A DNA stretch of 64,000 nt from the human T2T-CHM13v2.0 reference genome, Homo sapiens: NCBI RefSeq assembly GCF_009914755.1, contig NC_060930.1. The stretch is one strand, 5' to 3'. The translations under genes were made by a program, and so were the position numbers. The notes under the pieces were generated by a model. The model saw only the letters and a program-made list of their open reading frames with translations, did no database searches and had not been told where the DNA came from. Position 1 is the first letter of the stretch. Every line of letters begins with the position of its first letter. This document shows positions 58,209-64,000 of this stretch, in pieces.

Positions 58209-58536
58209 GTAAGAATGAATCTTTAAAGTATCTCTATTTAATATGATAAATAATTTTGGGCATTATTTATATATTTTTCTTCTTCTTCTAGAGTGTTTTT
58301 CAATCTTTATATTAAATAATAAGCCTAACCATTGGAGATTATAGTGAGGATGTGTAAATATTTTAACATGATCAGGCTTAAAAAAGTGTTTTATGAAGAA
58401 GGGGAAAATTTTGAGAAAAAAAAGCCTTGCATGAAAAAACAAAAAAAAAAGCAACAGACAATACATTTTCCTAAATGTAGAAAACAAAATATAATATAAA
58501 TATGTAGATGACCTTTATTATTTAATCATAGACACT

Positions 58537-63145
<4,609 letters not shown>

Positions 63146-63189
63146 AAAAGCAAAGGAAAAGTCAGGCACACAGACTTTCAGTCAGGCAC

Positions 63190-63553
63190 ACTGACAGGAA
63201 AAGTCAGGCACACAGACGCTTCGAAGGGTGAGGGGAATGGAATTTATGGGGCAAAAAGGAAAAAGGAAAAATAATTCTCAGCAAACCAAGAGAGTCCTGC
63301 TAGCAGGTTTCCTACCTCACAGTTTGAACAACAGGCCACCACTCGAGCTGAAGAGAGCAGGCTCCTCCCCTGTGTAAGGTGCAAATTCCCTGTGGCTCCA
63401 CCCCATGCTGCCAGTGAGCATGCGGGCATGCTCAGACAAGGCCCTGGGCATGTTTCCTCATCTGCACAAAAGCATCTGAGGTAAACACTTGTGGGGAAGG
63501 TTGGAGGATCTCTGGGGACCCCTTTTTATCTGCCTAGGCATTTGGCTGTCTCA
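63190..63553 (-). mobile_element. MER61-like ERV1 LTR fragment
   Basis: Reverse complement begins tgagacagccaaatgcctaggcagataaaaaggggtcccc. Confidence 0.65.
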
Positions 63554-64000
63554 ACACTATGGTTCCAATAACTTCAAGTCTTTTCTCTTGAGCTCACCCA
63601 GTTTCCAGAAGAGACTCTTTCAGTCACCTGCTTCAGAAGTGAAGGCCTGGCTGTTAGTATTATTGAAGTCAAGAGAGAAGGAAGAAGCAAGGGGAGAGTG
63701 TCTTTGCATTCAGTATATCATTTACACTTATATCCTGTTTCCAAGGTGGTGTTCCTACCTTCAACCATGTTTAGTTCACACAGTTCAAGGACCCTCTGTT
63801 CTACCCTTTCCAGGGCAAGGAGTGGCAGTTACCTACTATTTGAAATCTGGAAGGAAATCTTTGTATATGATTGCTTCTTTAAAGTCTTTTAATCTCCCTG
63901 ATTTTAGCAATCTCCTTTTACCCAGAAGGTATTACTAAGACTTAAATCGAGGAGAATTCTACAAATTATATCAGCATTATTTTTCTATTTTCCTCTCTGT

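Noticed and set aside
63489-63938. 149 aa plus-strand ORF in the LEG1 intron
   Set aside because: Starts inside an LTR fragment, has no LEG1 similarity and no convincing splice sites.

Overview
Primate (human or great-ape) genomic DNA, AT-rich and mostly interspersed repeats (Alu, L1, L2, MIR, MaLR/ERV LTRs, DNA transposons). The only intact protein-coding gene is LEG1/C6orf58 (liver-enriched gene 1 homologue) on the + strand: coding exons 1-4 lie at 54112-58208 and the gene runs off the right edge, with a decayed antisense MER57-type ERV1 provirus in intron 4. From recalled synteny this is the 6q22.33 interval between SOGA3/MTCL3 and C6orf58. The main unexplained signal is at ~16.9-31.7 kb: about 18 non-repetitive segments on the - strand, nearly all bounded by a polypyrimidine-AG acceptor and a GT donor, several separated by 80-150 bp introns. 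They splice into ~1050 codons of protein-like sequence with scattered stops, and one exon is split by an old Alu monomer. I read this as a multi-exon unitary pseudogene of a gene I cannot name and that is not LEG1-like. Other oddities: a ~430 bp AT-rich palindrome, a 115 bp inverted duplication, a recent 204 bp duplication of a pseudo-exon, a hairpin-containing 86 bp tandem duplication and a closely spaced inverted Alu pair. Repeat subfamily names and boundaries are by eye and approximate.
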